This document shows positions 62,220 to 64,000 of a stretch of 64,000 nucleotides of DNA, piece by piece (positions within the stretch are counted from its first letter, which is position 1; the number at the start of each line of letters is the position of its first letter). This DNA comes from Callorhinchus milii (lineage: Eukaryota), in assembly GCF_018977255.1 (NCBI RefSeq), contig NW_024704743.1, positions 46,998,001 to 47,062,000 on the forward strand. The letters are read 5' to 3'. A program made the translations under genes and the position numbers. The notes under the pieces are model-generated. The model saw only the letters and a program-made list of their open reading frames with translations. It did not search any database and was not told where the DNA came from.

Positions 62220-63085
62220 TTATGCTCAACCTTCATGGTTCAGTCCTTGAATGGTTTCGATCCACCCTCTCACACCGTCTCCACTTCATCTCCACAAACA
62301 TCTCCTCTAGCCCCCACCCCGTCTTGTGCGGAGTTCCTCAGGGCTCTGTCCTTGGTCCCCTCCTTTTCAAAAATATGCTCCCTCTTGGTGACATCAAACG
62401 ATTACATGGGGTCGATTTCCACATTTATTTCTCTGCCACCACCCTCAACTCCAGGACCATTGTGCTACTGACTGCACTGACACACCGCAGGCCACTGAGA
62501 CCCTCATACACACATTCAAAACATCCAGGCTTGACTACGCAATCTCCATGCTTGTTGGCCTCCCCAACTCCTCCTTCCATAGACTTTAGATCATCCAGAA
62601 CTCTGCAGCCCGTGTCCTCTCCCACACCAGGCTCGTGACCCTATCACTTCCATCCTCGCCCAACTCCGCTGACTTCCCATCACACAGAAGATAAAGTTCA
62701 GGATCCTGGTCCTCACCTTCAAAACCCTCCATGGCCTTGCTCCCCCTTACCTCAGTGACCTCCTAACTCCTTACCAACCTGCTCGCCCCCTGCTCAGGGG
62801 GCTCCAGCCTTCTTCATGTCCTCCACCTCTCCTGCCCTCCCATTGGTGGGTGGGCCTTCAGTCATTCTGCCACCACCCTCTGGAAATCCATCCCGCAGTC
62901 CCTCCGCTTCGCCCCCTCCCTTGCCTCCTTCAAGACCCATCTCAAGGCCTTCCTCTACAACCGTGCTTTTGATCACCCTGCTCCCCACCTACCCTCCACC
63001 CTCCCCGATCAATCCCCCCAACTCAGTCTGTTCAGCACCTTGGGACATCCTCCTGACGTGAAAAGCACCATACAAATTTAATTTT
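62220..63085 (+). mobile_element. L2 fragment with internal deletions
   Basis: Peptide VLEWFRS...[14 protein letters not shown], the ORF2 C-terminus and the tail. A Deu-SINE 3' half follows at about 63090-63350. Confidence 0.9.
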
Positions 63086-64000
63086 GTTCTTGTCTGTTCA
63101 GGTAGAAATCCCATGGTACTTTTTGAAAAAAGAACAGAGTTTCCCAATATCTTGACCAACAATCCCACAATATAATATATAATATATAAAAGGTTATTAA
63201 CTTCACGGTTATTTGTAGGGAATTCCTGTGCACAAACTGGATGCCGTGATTGCCACAATGTGTCACTCCACTTTACAGAAATATTTGGTGACGAGCTTTG
63301 AAATGTTTTAATGTTATAAGGCGCTATGTCAAATGCAAGGATCATTACTATCTTTTCTTATGCCAGTTAACTAATATTTACAGTGCCAGTAGTATCAAAC
63401 AAATGTTATGCAAAGCACAATTTGATGGCAGTAGGAGCTATAAATAAATACATTTCTTTTCAAAAAAAAATGGGCCAAGGGCAGTTAATTGGGAAAATAA
63501 ATTACAAATAGTGAGCTCGGCTTGATATGTAAAGCAATGCTCTCGTATTGGTGGTGGTTCGGCCCACTCTTGGTGCTTGCTTGACTGCCTTCTGGAGTCG
63601 GCGGTGAATTTTCCAGGAACATATTTTCTCCCCTGAATTAAGGTCCCATCTGCCAGTTCAGGTGGACGTTAAAGATCCAAGGGGAATATTTAGAAAGAGA
63701 AGGGTGTTCTCCTCTGAATTGGCCATTTTTTTTAGTGGCAGGGTTTCTTTGCCTTTTGCCTCCGCGAGGAAGGGAATGACTGGCCAGCACAAAGAGATGC
63801 GCAGATCCACCTTTAACACTCGCAGTTACTACAGTACACTTCTACTGTAGAATAACTGGCTTCCCCAACATGTGTGCAGTACGCAGCAAGTGGACTAGTC
63901 TATTGCAACCACCCTCCCAAGCGTTATTAGCTCTAGAAATTATTGTGAGAGTGATCATTGTCATTTTATGCTAGAAACTAGAGATGACGTGAGTGACAAC

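Noticed and set aside
59850..64000. Upstream CHN2 exon (ending ...HNFK) or a beta1-type first exon
   Set aside because: No matching coding sequence with splice sites was found by eye; it probably lies beyond the window.

Overview
This is repeat-rich vertebrate genomic DNA. The repeat content (CR1 and L2 LINE fragments, Deu-domain tRNA SINEs, a shark-type palindromic element) suggests a cartilaginous fish; the taxon is an inference. Two protein-coding genes lie on the minus strand in the order known from human 7p14. The first is the 3' part of CHN2 (beta-chimaerin): six coding exons at 59849-59765, 44973-44800, 43227-43150, 32662-32525, 29887-29782 and 25673-25502, all with GT-AG boundaries and matching phases, encoding most of the C1 domain and the whole RacGAP domain. 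The second is PRR15, with a single coding exon at 3136-2810, a probable non-coding first exon and a GC-rich promoter near 3.8-4.2 kb. The rest is intron or intergenic sequence with nested CR1, L2 and SINE insertions, a few non-autonomous DNA-transposon-like elements, palindromes and minisatellites. I see no convincing novel protein-coding system; almost all other listed ORFs are repeat-derived or spurious. The most notable observations are an L2/SINE partnership whose shared 3' stem-loop shows compensatory changes, a hAT-type MITE with an 8-bp TSD nested in a SINE, a long-TIR foldback element, telomeric repeats at an L2 5' truncation point, and inverted repeats around frame-symmetric CHN2 exons. 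Repeat boundaries are approximate (read by eye).
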